Source of the DNA: Blasia pusilla
Lineage: Eukaryota
DNA length: 64,000 bases
Reading direction: 5' to 3'
Assembly (NCBI GenBank): GCA_050084515.1
Contig: CM114271.1
Coordinates: 42,594,001 to 42,658,000 of the forward strand
Both the position numbers and the translations under genes were made by a program. Under the pieces are notes generated by a model, which was given only the letters and a program-made list of their open reading frames with translations, ran no database searches and was not told the origin of the DNA. Numbering within the stretch: position 1 is the stretch's first letter; every line of letters starts with the position of its first letter. Below are positions 36,914-50,900 of the stretch, one piece after another.

Positions 36914-39900
36914 TTACAGTGTCTCATAACTGCATTTTGGTTTCTCAATCGCTGAACCCTCCCCAGAAGTATGGGCCAAATTTTCCACGCTTTCATTCTC
37001 AACAACGGGATTTACATCTCCCATGCTTTGTCCTCTTGATGGCCAGCTTCTTGGCGAAGACAGGCTGGGATCAGTGCTGCCACATGATTGGATAGCAGGG
37101 GTGTGGATAGAAGTCTGTCGGGCAACCCCCGCCTTACATGAATGCTGCAAGATACCAAAGAAACCTTAATTGTTTGGACAGAATAATCGAAAGGTGGTCT
37201 GAGGGCAGAAAGGGCACTAATACAAGAATTTCCTTAAGTTATACACGCATATTCAAGCTTCAAGCTGTGACTAGCTAGTAGTGTGCCAACTCAAATAGAC
37301 ATGAAAAAGGATCACAAGCTCACCATTTTGGGCACTGGGCTATGTGGTGAATTTCTGCCATTAGCAATTGAGATATCGTTGAGAATTTGTTCTCTGGTAG
37401 ATTCTTCACAAACCACATCTGACAGCGAATCGTTTGTCTCTTTTGAGTGTCCAAGTCTGTATCTTTCAAGTAAAGCACATGAAGGAAGATTTGCTATATG
37501 CCTGGACTCAATTTGCTTCAGCAAATCTGAGGGAGAATTTGCAGATACTTGAGTAGCATTTGAAGAAGCACGAAGGTCTGAGGCAGATCGGCTCATCTCT
37601 GAGGAACTAGGTACTCTCCATACTGGGGACCCTGCATTATCTCTCCTTTCTGCTGATACTCCGGGAAATCCAGCACCATGAAAGGCAGATGGGGCCCTCA
37701 ACAGGTAGCTCTGACTAGGAACATGCAAAATTGGAATAGATGTAGCTGGCTGCACAAAGAATGGTGGCATTGAAGATGGCGGGATAGGTAGGGCTGCCGT
37801 TACTAGTGATGACCCGGGAAATTGAAGCTGGGAAAGACTGAATTCGCAAAAGCTTAGTGTCCCTTGAGGCAAGAGAGAAGGAGGTGGCCTGACAGAAAAA
37901 AATGGTGCCGAGGGTGATAAAAGGCCTCCCTCAGATTCTGAGGAAGGGAGGTAAGGAGGTGCAAAGGTATATTGCAGGGCTGGAGGTCCTAATGGGCATG
38001 GACAGTAATATGGAGGCAGAAGAGATGTTGATATAGGAATGTGAGTTGATACAGGTGGCAGGAATGAGTGACCTGGTGCAATTGACTTTCCAAGAAATAA
38101 CGTAGAAGGTGCAAGATTTTGAGAGGGTGATGATATGGGGAATGCCTCTACACTAGGCCCCATCATCCCAGTGGACAGCCGGGAAAAGCTATCCTGTCCT
38201 GTTCTGCAAGGATCTATCTGATAGGATGTGTAGAGGCCGGCACTTAAGCTTGATGACTGTGATTTCTCCGCCCCTGAATTTGATGGTGACACTGGTGTGC
38301 TCCACGAACTCACAAGAACTTTGCTTTCTTCATTAGTCCTAGACACACAACTTCTATTCAAGCCTATGAATGTCGTGGAAGGATGGAAAGAATTTACAAC
38401 ACGGCTACAACTTGGACCACTGTATTTTTTTGATTTAGCTTGTGAGGATGAACTTCCACTGGATGACAAGCTGCCATATATAGAAGACCCTGGGGTAAGT
38501 ACATCTGTACTTGCGACAGAATCTCTGATCATATATGAAGCTGTTGACAGAGGAGGCATTTGTCTTTGTGATGGATCTGATGCGGACGGAGTTGAAAGTG
38601 AAGTAAATGCCTCCGAATGAGTCCCAGTAGAACTGTTCCAGCTCCCAGGCTGTAGTGAAGAGCCAGGTGGCTGAGAAACACTAGTTTGGGGGGAGGCAGC
38701 CAGAGCTGCGCAAAAGTAGTGACCAAAGGTGTCCAGTCGAGCTTCATCAATGCCTGTGAGCTGTGAGAGCGTTGGTTGCCGTCTTAGAAGATCCTTCATC
38801 TACAAGACCACCAGCAGAACATCATGATCACCAACTTGGAGTGCAGAAAGCCACAAGACTACACCTTGCACGCAGAAACCCAACCGAGCTCTCCTAATGA
38901 TTCAAAACACCCTTATCTCCACAGCTACATAAGATATTTTGACTGACACCGAAAAGAAACAAAAACATAACACAGTCCAGAAGTACAATGCCTATGCAAA
39001 GAACTTTACTAAATGAATTATTGCTGACGGGAGAAAAGAGTTGGGGGGGGGTGAGTTGTTGTGTGAACCACCTCACTTGCTTTAACCATGGATGAGACAG
39101 ACCCACGTGGGCATCTATGAAATCCAGTCTATTACGTGCCTAACATCAAGTACACAAAATTGAATCCAACCGAAAGATGAAACTAAACTTACCTTCAAGA
39201 TGAGTTCATCTCCAACAGACTTCAGCTTTTCAGATTGCCAGAAAAAGACTGATTTGCCACCGGCCAGTTTTAAAACGAACGTTCTGCCCGACACATCTGC
39301 TAATATATCCTGGAGGCTCAATTGGGGACTCTCACAGCCCACGGTTGTAACTGCTATTCTCTCCACGACTTCATCATCTCCAACGAAAGAGACCCGCATC
39401 TCGGAACCAGGTTGCAAAGTCAAAGTCAAGAAGCCCCTGGCATTCATCGGCGTTCCTTAGATTTAGTGAGCTGGACTTCCTTCCGGATCCGGTGACCCCT
39501 CGAACTCTCCACCACAAATCACCTAGTAGTTTCCTATCCGCATAACAACCAGGAGGACCGACCACACTTTCGCCATGAGGTTGACTAAGCATCGCACCGC
39601 GTTAAGACCTCTACTCCCGGAGCGTCTAAAAACACCCAAAAGTGTGATTCTGGATTGACAGACATTAACAGGATACCCATCTTCAAGCGTGACTAAAGTA
39701 AAAATTTTGAAGTCACCTCTCAATCGAAGCCCGCTAATCTCATGTTGACCTCAATATTCGGTGCACTCGAGCTAAAACAGCTTCATATATCTAGCATCTT
39801 CAACGGCAAGACATTAACCGCTTCGAAAATGGAAAACCCACCTCAACGCGGTAGGCTGCAATCGCCGTCCCTGACGAGCCACCTTTCCCACGCGTACAGA

Positions 39901-41184
39901 CACAAGCGGAGCGCACAGACATCGCGCGAGCAGAGCCAATTCTCGAGCTTTGAAGTGCTGCAGAAACATCAAGAGTATTATGTAGCTATTATGTCGAGTT
40001 CGAGGAGGGTCGTACTCTAAAGGTCAAAGCTCGAGGTCTGATTCTACACACCTCAGAAACGAAGAAACACGAACAAGAGGCACTGAGAGACTAGTAAGGC
40101 AACATCTCAAGCCCAAACTACCTCACGCAGCCACACATTGCCATCCAAGCGTCCGACAGCTTGGCAAATTAAAGATCCTAGGAAACCTGAATCGGTATCC
40201 GATGAATTATTCATAATGAGCGCCCCTAGAGTGTCCCAATTTCGAAGGCATCGGGAATTCACAACTGGTTTGCACTGACCGAATTTAGTGCCGAGTTAGT
40301 TGCCTTCTGATTAGACCCTGAAATACAATAACTACATGAGGCGACAGTCGGGTATCAACCTGCCCTAAGTGCACACGCAGACGTCCATCAGGTCCAACAC
40401 AGGACACATTCAAGCGGAGAAGGGGGCGTAGCCGCTCGTCCGCACGGCATGCTCCAGTCGCTTGCAACCCCAAAGCTTGGAGCCATTGAAAGACGCTATC
40501 CTGCCTTTCCATATTTTGAGTTGCTACGTCCGAATCCCCTCGACCCGTGAGAATACCATCGCTAGAAGTACTCGGACTTCTTAGCGTACTGGACGCAGTG
40601 TAAGATGTAAGACCGGATCTGCTTCCCACATCTATGCTCCCGGTACTTCCTGCTCTTCCGAAGGCTGAAAACTGGCATCTCTCAACCCTATTACGCTCTG
40701 ACTCGCCATGACCCGATACTCCAGTGACTACACCTGATTCCACGGGCTCACCAGGGGCGACGAATCCTAATCCACAAAATCTAGTGGCTTCTGTAGATGG
40801 CACGCTCGTGGACGAAGCAGAAAGCAGCAAAGTGGGCGCCGGCACTTGCGAACCCGTCTCGCTGGAGCGAGATGCATCCCCATATCCACCTTCATTGCTC
40901 CGATTCACGCCGCGATTTCCAATCGCATGACATCGCTCTGGGCATCTTCCACAATTGCTATCAGTTACAGTTGGAAAGGTGCGTGATGTAGTAAGCTGGT
41001 CGTTGGCTCGACGCTTAGAAGCCTTCGATCCAACCACGACTGTCGTCGCAGAGCTCACTGATTCTTGTTGTTCCACCAACCTTCCACTCGAACCCGCCAC
41101 ACCCTGCCCTTCGCTGGACTGCAATTCACGGGAGTGACTATTCCTGTGTCGTTTGTCTTCTTTACTCCATTCCGAGGAAACCAT
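36914..41184 (-). CDS. Plant-conserved Ser/Pro-rich protein of unknown function (resembles the Arabidopsis At2g39950 'flocculation protein'-like family), about 963 aa
   Basis: GT-AG exons 40360-41184, 39842-39957, 39193-39436, 37324-38799 and 36914-37144 are in frame. Conserved blocks recalled for this family: DSVFQWLQALGLQ..GACRADERLRPLL, HF...E..LLARC.C.PLVS.RVGK, SFVGDD..VER, FFW.SEK....G.EL..KMK.LL, PYYCPCP. The start Met and last exon are less certain. Confidence 0.8.
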
Positions 41185-42902
41185 TGCGCGGATATTCCGG
41201 TAGAAAATCGCGTTCCAGCAACATAAGACAGCGCCGCTCCACGGCGGATCACGCTCCCACACTCAACAATTCAGCTACGATCGGCACTCGGGAAGCACGC
41301 CACCGACATCGTAAACACCTCGGCAGCGACTCCGAAGTTCCCGCGGACAACCGAAATTGGTTCCCAGACGAAAACGCACTCGGCTAGCGGAAATAACCGA
41401 TTCTTGTCTACCTCAGACAACAAAGTCGAGGCACGACAATTAATACCACGCGACGGCGAGTCGCCCCTCAAGACACAATGTGCTCGTACTTGAACAGCAA
41501 TCGAGCGAACAGTGGCTCGATCAGGAACAAGGATATCTTAACAGTACACGGGCAGCCCACGGCGATTCCAGTCTCGTAGTCTTCCTCCTCCGCACGCACC
41601 TACCTATACGCCTGCGTACATATATATACAAATATTTACATCTATATGAGTGTATGTTGCAGGGGACACCCTTGGTGATGGTGCCTGCCTGCGTGCGCGA
41701 TGATCAGACCTCGGCGCCACGGAATCATGAAATGAATGCGGTAGAGAATAGTCAATCCAGTGAGCGCAGCGTAAGCCCTTTCTCCTCCCCGCGCAACGGA
41801 CGACGGTTCTTCATCGTCTACAATCCAGCGCCGTGCGGGTCAATGGCGGGTCGCGCTCGCTTCTGTCGTCCGTCCATTGGTGCTTCGCCGAACGAACGAA
41901 TTATTCCTCCTCTCAGTCGCCAGAAATCAGACACACAGGCAGCAGAGAGAACAAGAGCGAGCGCTTCCCCGTCCCCGGCCGTGCAATTAAACTCTACCCT
42001 CTCGCCATTCGCGAAACCTAAAAGCCAACTCTGCTGTCAGTGCCGGCATCCCGCATCCCGTTGGGATCGGCTCTCTCTCTCCCCGTCTTTCGCTCGCTCG
42101 CGGTCGGGACTCTGGAGCAAGCCGCACAAGGAAGGAGTGGCGCAAGAATCGTCGCGTGGAGCGAGGGAGTACTTATGGCGCAGACATCGCGAAAGCTCGA
42201 AGTTGCGATGCGCTTGGCTGCGGCTGCGCTGCGGTGCATTATTTATTCCACCCGCCCGACACACTGTCAGGGTCGGAGGGTGAAGGTCTGGACGGCCGTC
42301 ATGAGGTGCAGGAACTCGCGCAGGACGGGACGGTCCGAGAGAGAGACTCAGGGAGAGGTGGTCTCGATTCCTGAAATCGCATCGGGATTTGAACGGCTCC
42401 GCGTGCGAATTCTGCGGTCGTTCGATCTTTTCGTCACTCTGCACCTCGCTCCTCTGGGCACATGAGGATTCCCATGCCGAATGTCGCCCGCGCCTCCGTC
42501 CGTCGCAGCTTTTCAGTCAGGCTTCTGCGGTGGTTAAACCTTTCTTTCTCCCCTTTTCCTTTTCCCTCCTCTTTCGTTCATTCATTCTTTTTTCGTCCCC
42601 GGCTTTTCGATCGCATTTCCACCGCCGCATCGACCGCATCGTCCCCGAAATGCCTTCTATGATTGGCGCCTTCTCATGACGCTGTACACCGATCTTGCAA
42701 AGGAAGTGCACCTCGACTCAATCCCATCCTCCCTCCCTCCCTCCCTCCATCCATTCGTTCGTTCGTCCGCCCGCTCCGTCCGCAATGCAGTCTCCCGCTT
42801 AATCCGTCGCTTGATTCCTCACGCGAGGAATCCCTCTTCGCTCGTATCGAAGCCCGCCCATTTCTCCCGAGATCAACGCGGGCTCCACCATGCATTATTA
42901 GT

Positions 42903-43183
42903 CGATTTCTTTTTCATTTTCTTTTCACACTTGGGAAACTTTGTTTTCGCAACACGGACTATTAGTGCGAGCATAGCACCACACTAGTCCTTTAATTGAT
43001 TTCCTTTTCTTTTTCTTCTCACACTTGGGAAACTTTGTTTTCGCAACACGGACTATTACTGCGAGCGTAGCACCCCACCAGGCCTTTAATTGATTTCCTT
43101 TTCTTTTTCTTTTCACACCTGGGAAACTTGGTTTTCGCAACACGGACTATTGGTGCGAGCATAGCACCACACTAGTCCTTTAA
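42903..43183. repeat. Tandem repeat, three copies of a 94-bp unit
   Basis: CACAC(T/C)TGGGAAACTT(T/G)GTTTTCGCAACACGGACTATT..TGCGAGC.TAGCACC recurs at 42926, 43020 and 43114. Confidence 0.9.
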
Positions 43184-46116
43184 ATAATAATAAAAATTGT
43201 CGGCCGCGAATTCTAACCTGTTTTAAGCCCAATAAAAAGATAAACTCTGTTCGCACAGGAAGTCATTATTACACCCCAATTCCATCGTCCGGTAAAGATA
43301 AAACCTCCGCTAAACTTTGTGCCGCTAGGGGTTAACTTGAGTTGGTAAAGCTTCTATTATCAGCACAATATAATAATTTACTATTTTGTCATATAGTGTT
43401 GTTATTTTGTCCTGATGCGTATGGGGTTGCCCTTATATGCACAAATGTAATAATCTAGATAGATGTTCCATCTGGTTTTTTATAGTCTTCTAAATTATTA
43501 CATACAATTGTTCTCATGAGTGATTGGGTTATGACGAAAAGGATATTAGTGCATTTCAACATGACTTAGTGGAGAATGAAGGCATTTTTTGTTGAATGAT
43601 TATAGATTTAAATTTTCAAAAGGTTTCCCTTGTGGTGAAAGACATACTAGTGCATCTCAACAAAAAGCCTATGATACCCTTAGGGTTGGATTCCATGGGC
43701 ACTTGGAATGGAAAGGAGACTCAAAGAGCCGAGAATTCCAATGCCACACATGCCAAGGCGAAGGAAAAGGGAGAGCCCCTTAAGGGGTAAATGCAACTTT
43801 GCTACCCTTAGTACCCCTTGTTTGGATCCCCTACTATCGATGATTGGAATACCATTACAATTCTATATTAATTTTTGTGTTAGTGTTTTTGGCTATCAAA
43901 TTTTTACTTTCATATGAAGTCTCTTGCGAAGAAATTTTTGATAAAAATTTCAATGGAAGGCACAAAAAAATTAATACTCAACTTTTACTACGAAGAGGAA
44001 AGAGAGAGAATGATAAATTGTCAAACGATTGACTCCATTAATCTTTGGAAAAGATTCAATTGTCAATATGAGAGAGACAATAGAAAATGTTGCGATAGTA
44101 GAGGAGAAGATAAGAAATGGATAGACTTTTGACAAGAAAGAGTTCTAGAAGGAAAAATTCAAGTAGTATTCAAATCTCAAGAGGTGCACGGAGAAGGGAT
44201 CTGTACTCTAATAGTCAACATATATCATAATTAAAAGACAAAATAATAACATCTTGAAATTTTGGGCTCAATTCTTTAAGATGGGTCTTTTGAGGATGAC
44301 TCTTTGAAGAAGAAGTGGCTATAAATATGGGAAGGAGAACCTAACTTTTACTATGTGAATTTTAGGATTCTTATAGATCTTTTCAAACTTCATGCAGTAC
44401 ATTAATGAGTTAAAACTTGACAAAGATGAAAGTGAAGTTCATGGGCTAGGGCATCTCCATCAAGATTCCTTCCATCAAGATCAACATGGTAGAGAAATAC
44501 TCTTCCACTCAAGTAAGATAGATCATAACAAACTAGAGAATGTTCATTCCCACCACTACATAGAAATGACTTCACATTTATTTACATTTCACATTCAACT
44601 AAAGTAGAATGAGATTGAATGTATAACCGTTTCCTTCATGTTAGAGTAAGTACCCTCGAATTAAACGCATCTAGCAACCCATATAAGACAAAAAAAAACT
44701 AGATCTGAGTTCCGAATCAAACTATTGCTTAAGACTAGAGGAAAGCCAATGGGAGATTAAATTCCATACTTTTTTAGGGAGTGGCCACCCAAATATTTGT
44801 AGGGGTATGGAGATGCCTTTAATACTAATCAGCTGAAAATAAAAATCATATGTTGAAGACTATCTCTATTATGAAAGCAACATAGATGTCTCATACTAAA
44901 ACAAGACTCTTTCTTTTCGGGTTGAAAACTCTTACAATTTGTAAATAAATTTTTTCCTCTTTGAGAGGGAAACATTCTAGAATATTAAAAAAAGTTCCTC
45001 ACTCCTTCTATATATTTTTTAATATTTTGAATATATATTTATAATATTAATTAAAATTAAACTTCCATTTTCTTGAATTTAAAAAAAAATTCCTGAAAAT
45101 TATGGAGGTTTCTACCATGCTAAAAATGTAACATGCCTCATTGTAAATATATGGCACAAACATTCTTACTAGTAACGTTTAATTTTTAAAAATTGCATGT
45201 ATCCATATTATTAAATGATAATAATATGGATGATAACTCCGAAAATTGATCTCTACTTTTCAAAACGGATTTTCATGTGGCATAACACATTTAGAAACGG
45301 CCAAAAATAAGTTTCTTTAAATCCCAACACTAAACATAAAATCATTTCAATATGAATCCATGTTTGAAGTATCTTACAAGAATAAAATATTAAAGAAATA
45401 CACCATCTTCTCAATTTGGCTTCCACCACCTTGAAATAAATTATTTTAGAAAGAAGGAAGGAAATCTAAAACTTCTAATAATTAAAAAACTCCTATTTTG
45501 AATGTGTTATCACATAAAAATATAGATTTTGTAAAAATATTTATATAATTAAAAGAAAATGGAATTAGAAGAAACTGAATTAGAATCTGGCCCTTTCAGA
45601 AAAGAAATACGTTAATAGAAAAGAGAAGCTGAACTAAATGAGTAAATGCGACGCTAAATTAAATTTTTTGAAAATATATCAATATTTTTAGTATCCTTAA
45701 AGACAATTCAAGTACGTGCTAAAAGACAAATCACACGCTTTCTCCGAAATGATTTTCTAACGTCCCCCTTCGGAGCCCAGATCGAGCAACAAACAGATCT
45801 TGTTTCAAACCGCTTTTGTTTCGCCCCTATCTACTTATGACAGGTTTGCGGCTTTGCGCGTCATCTGATGGCCTATAAATTTGCATCAGGTAGATACGTT
45901 GCGTTTGCACGTAATGGAAATCTGTTGGAACTCACATGAAGAACATTTCATGACATCTACTGGTCGTGCACATGGGACACAACTCCCGCGAGTAAACCTC
46001 TCCTCACCGGAAGAATCAACGTCGATGTTCAAATTTCGTGTCGTGTAGTACGGAAGAATGCTATTGGATGGGGAGTGGTGCAGACACTAGCACATTTAAC
46101 AGGCTTCCACGCGACG

Positions 46117-46209
46117 TGGGCTTCGTTTCCTGTTTGTAAGCTGTACTTCTTCATATGCCAATGGGCTTCGTTTCCTGTTTGTAAGCTGTACTTCTTCATA
46201 TGCCAATGG
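46117..46209. repeat. Perfect 45-bp tandem duplication
   Basis: TGGGCTTCGTTTCCTGTTTGTAAGCTGTACTTCTTCATATGCCAA occurs at 46117 and 46162. Confidence 0.95.
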
Positions 46210-47978
46210 ATAGATTGATTGAGTATGGATCCCAGACATGAGATGTGGAGGCGGGGCGGTGCACGGAGACTTCGAATTGCGATGCCTAACGAACGCACCA
46301 CCTCAATCTTCGCTTTTGTAGACGTATTGTAAGGTACTCTGACTGACTCTGCCGACAGGTTTCTACGTACTGAAAGGCTCGGATCACAATATTTAAGGGT
46401 GCAAAGCTCCCAGTCTCGCACTCCAGACCTCATGTTGAAACAGGGTATTATGAGGATTTACGACAATTATCACTGACTGCTGTTGGTCGCAAACCATACT
46501 TCGGTCATATCGCTGTGGTGTAGAACTTGACTGAGGATTCGAGATGACAATTCACCTCGAAGGCTTAAAATAGGTCCTAACCCTCACATTCGAAACCCTC
46601 TAGTAACTTGCACGTTTCAAGATTAAGATGCCCCATAGTAATACCAACTGCCAGTTTGGACGCATTCGGCTACATTGGTTCTTCCGTTGCAGAACAGAGC
46701 TTGGGCAAAAACGAGAGAATCACCCTGCAATGAAACGTCGTTGCAACGGATTCGCCACTGGCTTGACTTCTCATATAAAATCCACTCTTCGCGATAGATA
46801 CTATCTTTTCCTCCACTAGAGGGTCCGCCCAAATATATCAATAAATAGCTTCCATTGATGACATCAAAAGCACCAAATTCCTGTGGTCGTCATTGTCTGT
46901 CCTGGCTTCAAAATCCTTCTCTGGTCACACTCATCTCCCGAATCACCTTTACTACTTTCTAACGTTTCTCTTACTTCGAGATGTTCTAGGGACTTTGAAA
47001 CTTTGAACTGGCCTAGCACTCCCAAGGTCTATGCAGTGCTCCTGTTCAACCCAAGGTTCTTGACAATGGATCAGATGAAATGAAAATGAAAATATTCAGT
47101 GCTCCTGTCCAACACAGGGTTCTTGACAAAGGATCAGATCTAAATAGTGAAATGGAATATCGGGGTCATGCACACTCAAACTTGTAAACTCTATTTTCAA
47201 ATTTCTCCAGTCTTTCTTCCTCGGTGGGTCCCCCAAGCGAAGTAGCCAATATAAAGCACCCAATATCTCAAACCTGACGCAGCATGATCTCTCTGTAATT
47301 CTTGAAGACGCCACTAATACTTGCAGCTATGAAAGAACACGTGTTATGCTCTTGCTTTTCCATGGTGTCATGACCCTGCACTGCTTCCGAGCAGACTTTG
47401 CAAAAAACTCTAGCATGAATCTAAATAATAACTTGGAATCTAGCAACCTTGGATTGTGGGCAGAACTTCGCGTAACTTCCGTCAAAACATGTGAACCACA
47501 GAGAGAGAGAGACAAAACTTACTGTCGAGGTAGCTTAGAAATGATTCTCAAAGTAGTCAGGGAGAAAGGGTCGTAACCCTTATGGTAGTACATCAAAAAT
47601 TTCACCAGGCACCTCATGCGGAAGTAGACCTGGATTTCAGTTATGGAGGACTTTTCTGAAGGCTTTCTACGTGGATACAGAAACAGGTCACCTTAGGAAG
47701 AGAATGACATGATCTAAGCACGATTAGCTTAGAGTGAACTACATAATGACTAACCAGGGAATTGCATCCACTTCCATTTCACGGATGGAGGAATTGTCAG
47801 TAACTCTTTCTGACAACCCAGAAATCAAACACTAAACCTCTGGATGCAACAAGAGGCCCAGTAGGGCACTTCATGATGTCCTAAGCATCTTGATCTCAAT
47901 CTACAAGCTCTAATTTCGTATAAATGATGGGAAGAAATAATAAGGTTGGCTACAAAAGTGTTTGAGTAATACTGAAGG

Positions 47979-50900
47979 TTACTCCCAAGAATTAGGGTGC
48001 AAAATTCGTTTCATGAACTCCCAAGTCATAAAGACAATCCCCACACTTGGAACTACTTTGAAATACTCTGGAATGATGCCCCTGTAAAGGCCGAACCACC
48101 CTTCCTTTTTTACGATGTCTCCGAATGTTGCCACGAGACCTGAATTATAAACACGGGTCCTGCCTGCTGCGCCTTCCAGTTGCATCCTCCTCCTTACCAG
48201 ATCAATGGGAAAAGTTGCTGCAAGGCCAAATTAGGAAGGAGGTTCAGTAATTACACATAACCGGATCCTTTAAGAAAATTCAAGCTCCATTAGAAGGAGG
48301 ATAAACCTCTACTATTCTATCATAGAGTATAATCTGCCACAAATTGTTAGCTTCAATCTCTTGCTACAAAAGAATAAATCTTCGACATTGTGATACCTGA
48401 ACATCAGATACAGCCACTGAAACAGATGCCTAGCCAACAACAGAGACTCATGAGGGGCTGACCAAAACTATTCTTATATAAAATGTCACCAAGAAATTTG
48501 AGAGACCTCGTCAATATCAAAATACCTGTTGATGAACATATTCCTGCTAGGCTGCCACAACCCAAGCTCACGATGACGGGAGAAGAATGGGGCCTGAAAC
48601 CCAGAAACATAGTACACTAAAATTAGCAGTGCCATCACTTCAGTTCATGTAAGTCATAGAAATGGAGTAACAATGAAGGAGACAAACATGGTTTTTTCTC
48701 CGAAAGGATCTTTATTATGTGCCACTAATAACTGTATCAATGGCATACTAAATAGAATCAAGGGTGTTCGTAGTTACGATGAGTTACTTTTTCAAAGCCT
48801 CCCAAAACGAGATCACACAAGAAGAACAGAATAGATTATCAGGATTTTCTGTCCAACAGATCATGTTTCATCATACATCACCAGAAATATGAAAATCTGG
48901 GAACATACTGTCCTACCCTTCGCGTCTGCTTCAAAACTAACACTAAAGAACATTATTGATGTAATCTAGAAACAACTTGCACACGCATGTACCTCTCCTG
49001 GAGCCACAATGATGTCAGTGTCTCATACACACAAAAGTTGATCGCTAGATTTGGACCCACTCCCTGCATCAGCCCACACGTTTATACATCTCTCAAGTCA
49101 GCCTTCTTATTGAAACCACAAAAAAGAAAACCTAGGAGTAAAACCTTTGGGTGAGGCCCATGTAACCTGTGCAATTTTAAATAAATTGCATTAAACATCA
49201 ACATTTGCAACAACCTGGAATTAGACGGTCAAACCATGAGAGAAAAGATTGAAACATTACCAGTAACGTGGTACCTAAGCCCTTGTAAAGTCCCCTTGCA
49301 CCCTCTTCTCGATAAATAGTCAATAAAGCGTGTGTGATGCCTTTGTAGTACATTACATTTGTCTGCACCAATTACGATTCCAAGGATTGGTTCTGGCAAA
49401 AAATGCAACGATCTATCCCATTGACTACTTCCTGAGTACGCAAAATGTATGTATGAGCCAGGATTACTAAGCAAAATAGACCCAACAATTTGAGCCGCAC
49501 TTAAGTCACTACAGTAATTTCTATGTTCACAAGCCCCCAGAAACATTTGTATAAACTTCAACAACTAACATGCCAATCACACGATTGGCATGTTAGTATA
49601 AGAGGATAAGTGTGAAACATTGTTAGATGGCAGCAATGATAGCCAAAAAAAGCAACAGGAAGAAAAATCATGCACTTTTTTAATCAGCCCTCTACATGTT
49701 TTCTACCACAACCTTTTCCCAACAATACTTTGAAATAAATTCTTCTGAAATATCTATACCGACAATGTCCCAGAAGAAGATAATTGATCCAACCAAACAA
49801 GAGACACAGTATTTTGGATACGAGCTTCATCACCAGCCAAGTCACCTTAGCCAACACTCCCCACCACATATTAGTATCTCCATCTGAGGACCCACCATAC
49901 ACTTTCATCTACCAGAATTGCTAAAAATGCACATGAATTCCTTACCAATTAGTTAGGACATTCATCCTTGGTAACAATCCGAAGTCAACCAACTGAACCT
50001 TAAGTCTGAAAAGTTTATCGACCTGTATTCGCTCTGCAAAGGGCATATTGTTTGTCTTCAGGCAAACTAGAATTCTGAGATAGTTACTTGCTTCAGTTCC
50101 AGTCAAAGAAGCAGGACCCCAGGAGTGTTCATACAATATACTGAGTAATTAAAAGGTTTTCACTAAAATCAAAGAAATTCTGAAAGGCACATTAGCAGGG
50201 GGTTAAAAATGCTCTTTACAGCTTAGGTAACTGAAAGACACGAGGATGTGTGGAACTGATGAATCAGGCTTGCACATAGCAGCTCACCTGTCACCAACAC
50301 AAAACTTGTGTGACAGGCCAGGCCTGTCGTCACCCTCTGCTGACTCTGGAGCTACTTCTCTCAGTTTAGTCACCATGCACCTTGCAGACATTAGTCAAAA
50401 TGTAGGTACACATGATGCGACTGAAAATCTGGTTCTTCTGCAGAAGTGCCAACAAATGGCGAAGATAAATTTATTACTTCATAATAAGCCTCATATGTTA
50501 ATACTTCTCCAGCTTGTTCTAACTCCTACCAGACTGTTAAGGAAATGTCAATTTTTTGGACGAAAACCCAAACCACAGTGAAGAGCACATGCAGAAGAGT
50601 TCATGATCTTTGATGCTCGACTCAGGCTGCCAAGTAACTGAGTTCAGCAGACACAGAACAGCAAGGTGCACTTTCCCAATTTCTCTCACTACCACCAGTC
50701 CTAGTGCAGAGCATGCAGAATCATTGCATGCCATTGACTACATCTGAGGAGAGATAGCAAAGTTGGAAGAATATTTATCTGAACAGGCCAATCGTTATAT
50801 TGCTGCAACAAAGACTAGGAATTAGCGTGTATTGTAAACAACGGCAGGGATGTTTATTAAATTCTCCTAATTTATGTGTCCCTACCCTTACATCCAAATG

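Noticed and set aside
41480-42987. Several long ORFs (for example 41480-42283, 267 aa) in GC-rich DNA
   Set aside because: No recognisable motifs, overlapping on both strands; typical of a GC-rich 5' leader or promoter of the minus-strand gene.
42903-43183. Regularly spaced repeats as a possible CRISPR array
   Set aside because: Whole units are repeated with no unique spacers, the context is eukaryotic and there are no cas genes.
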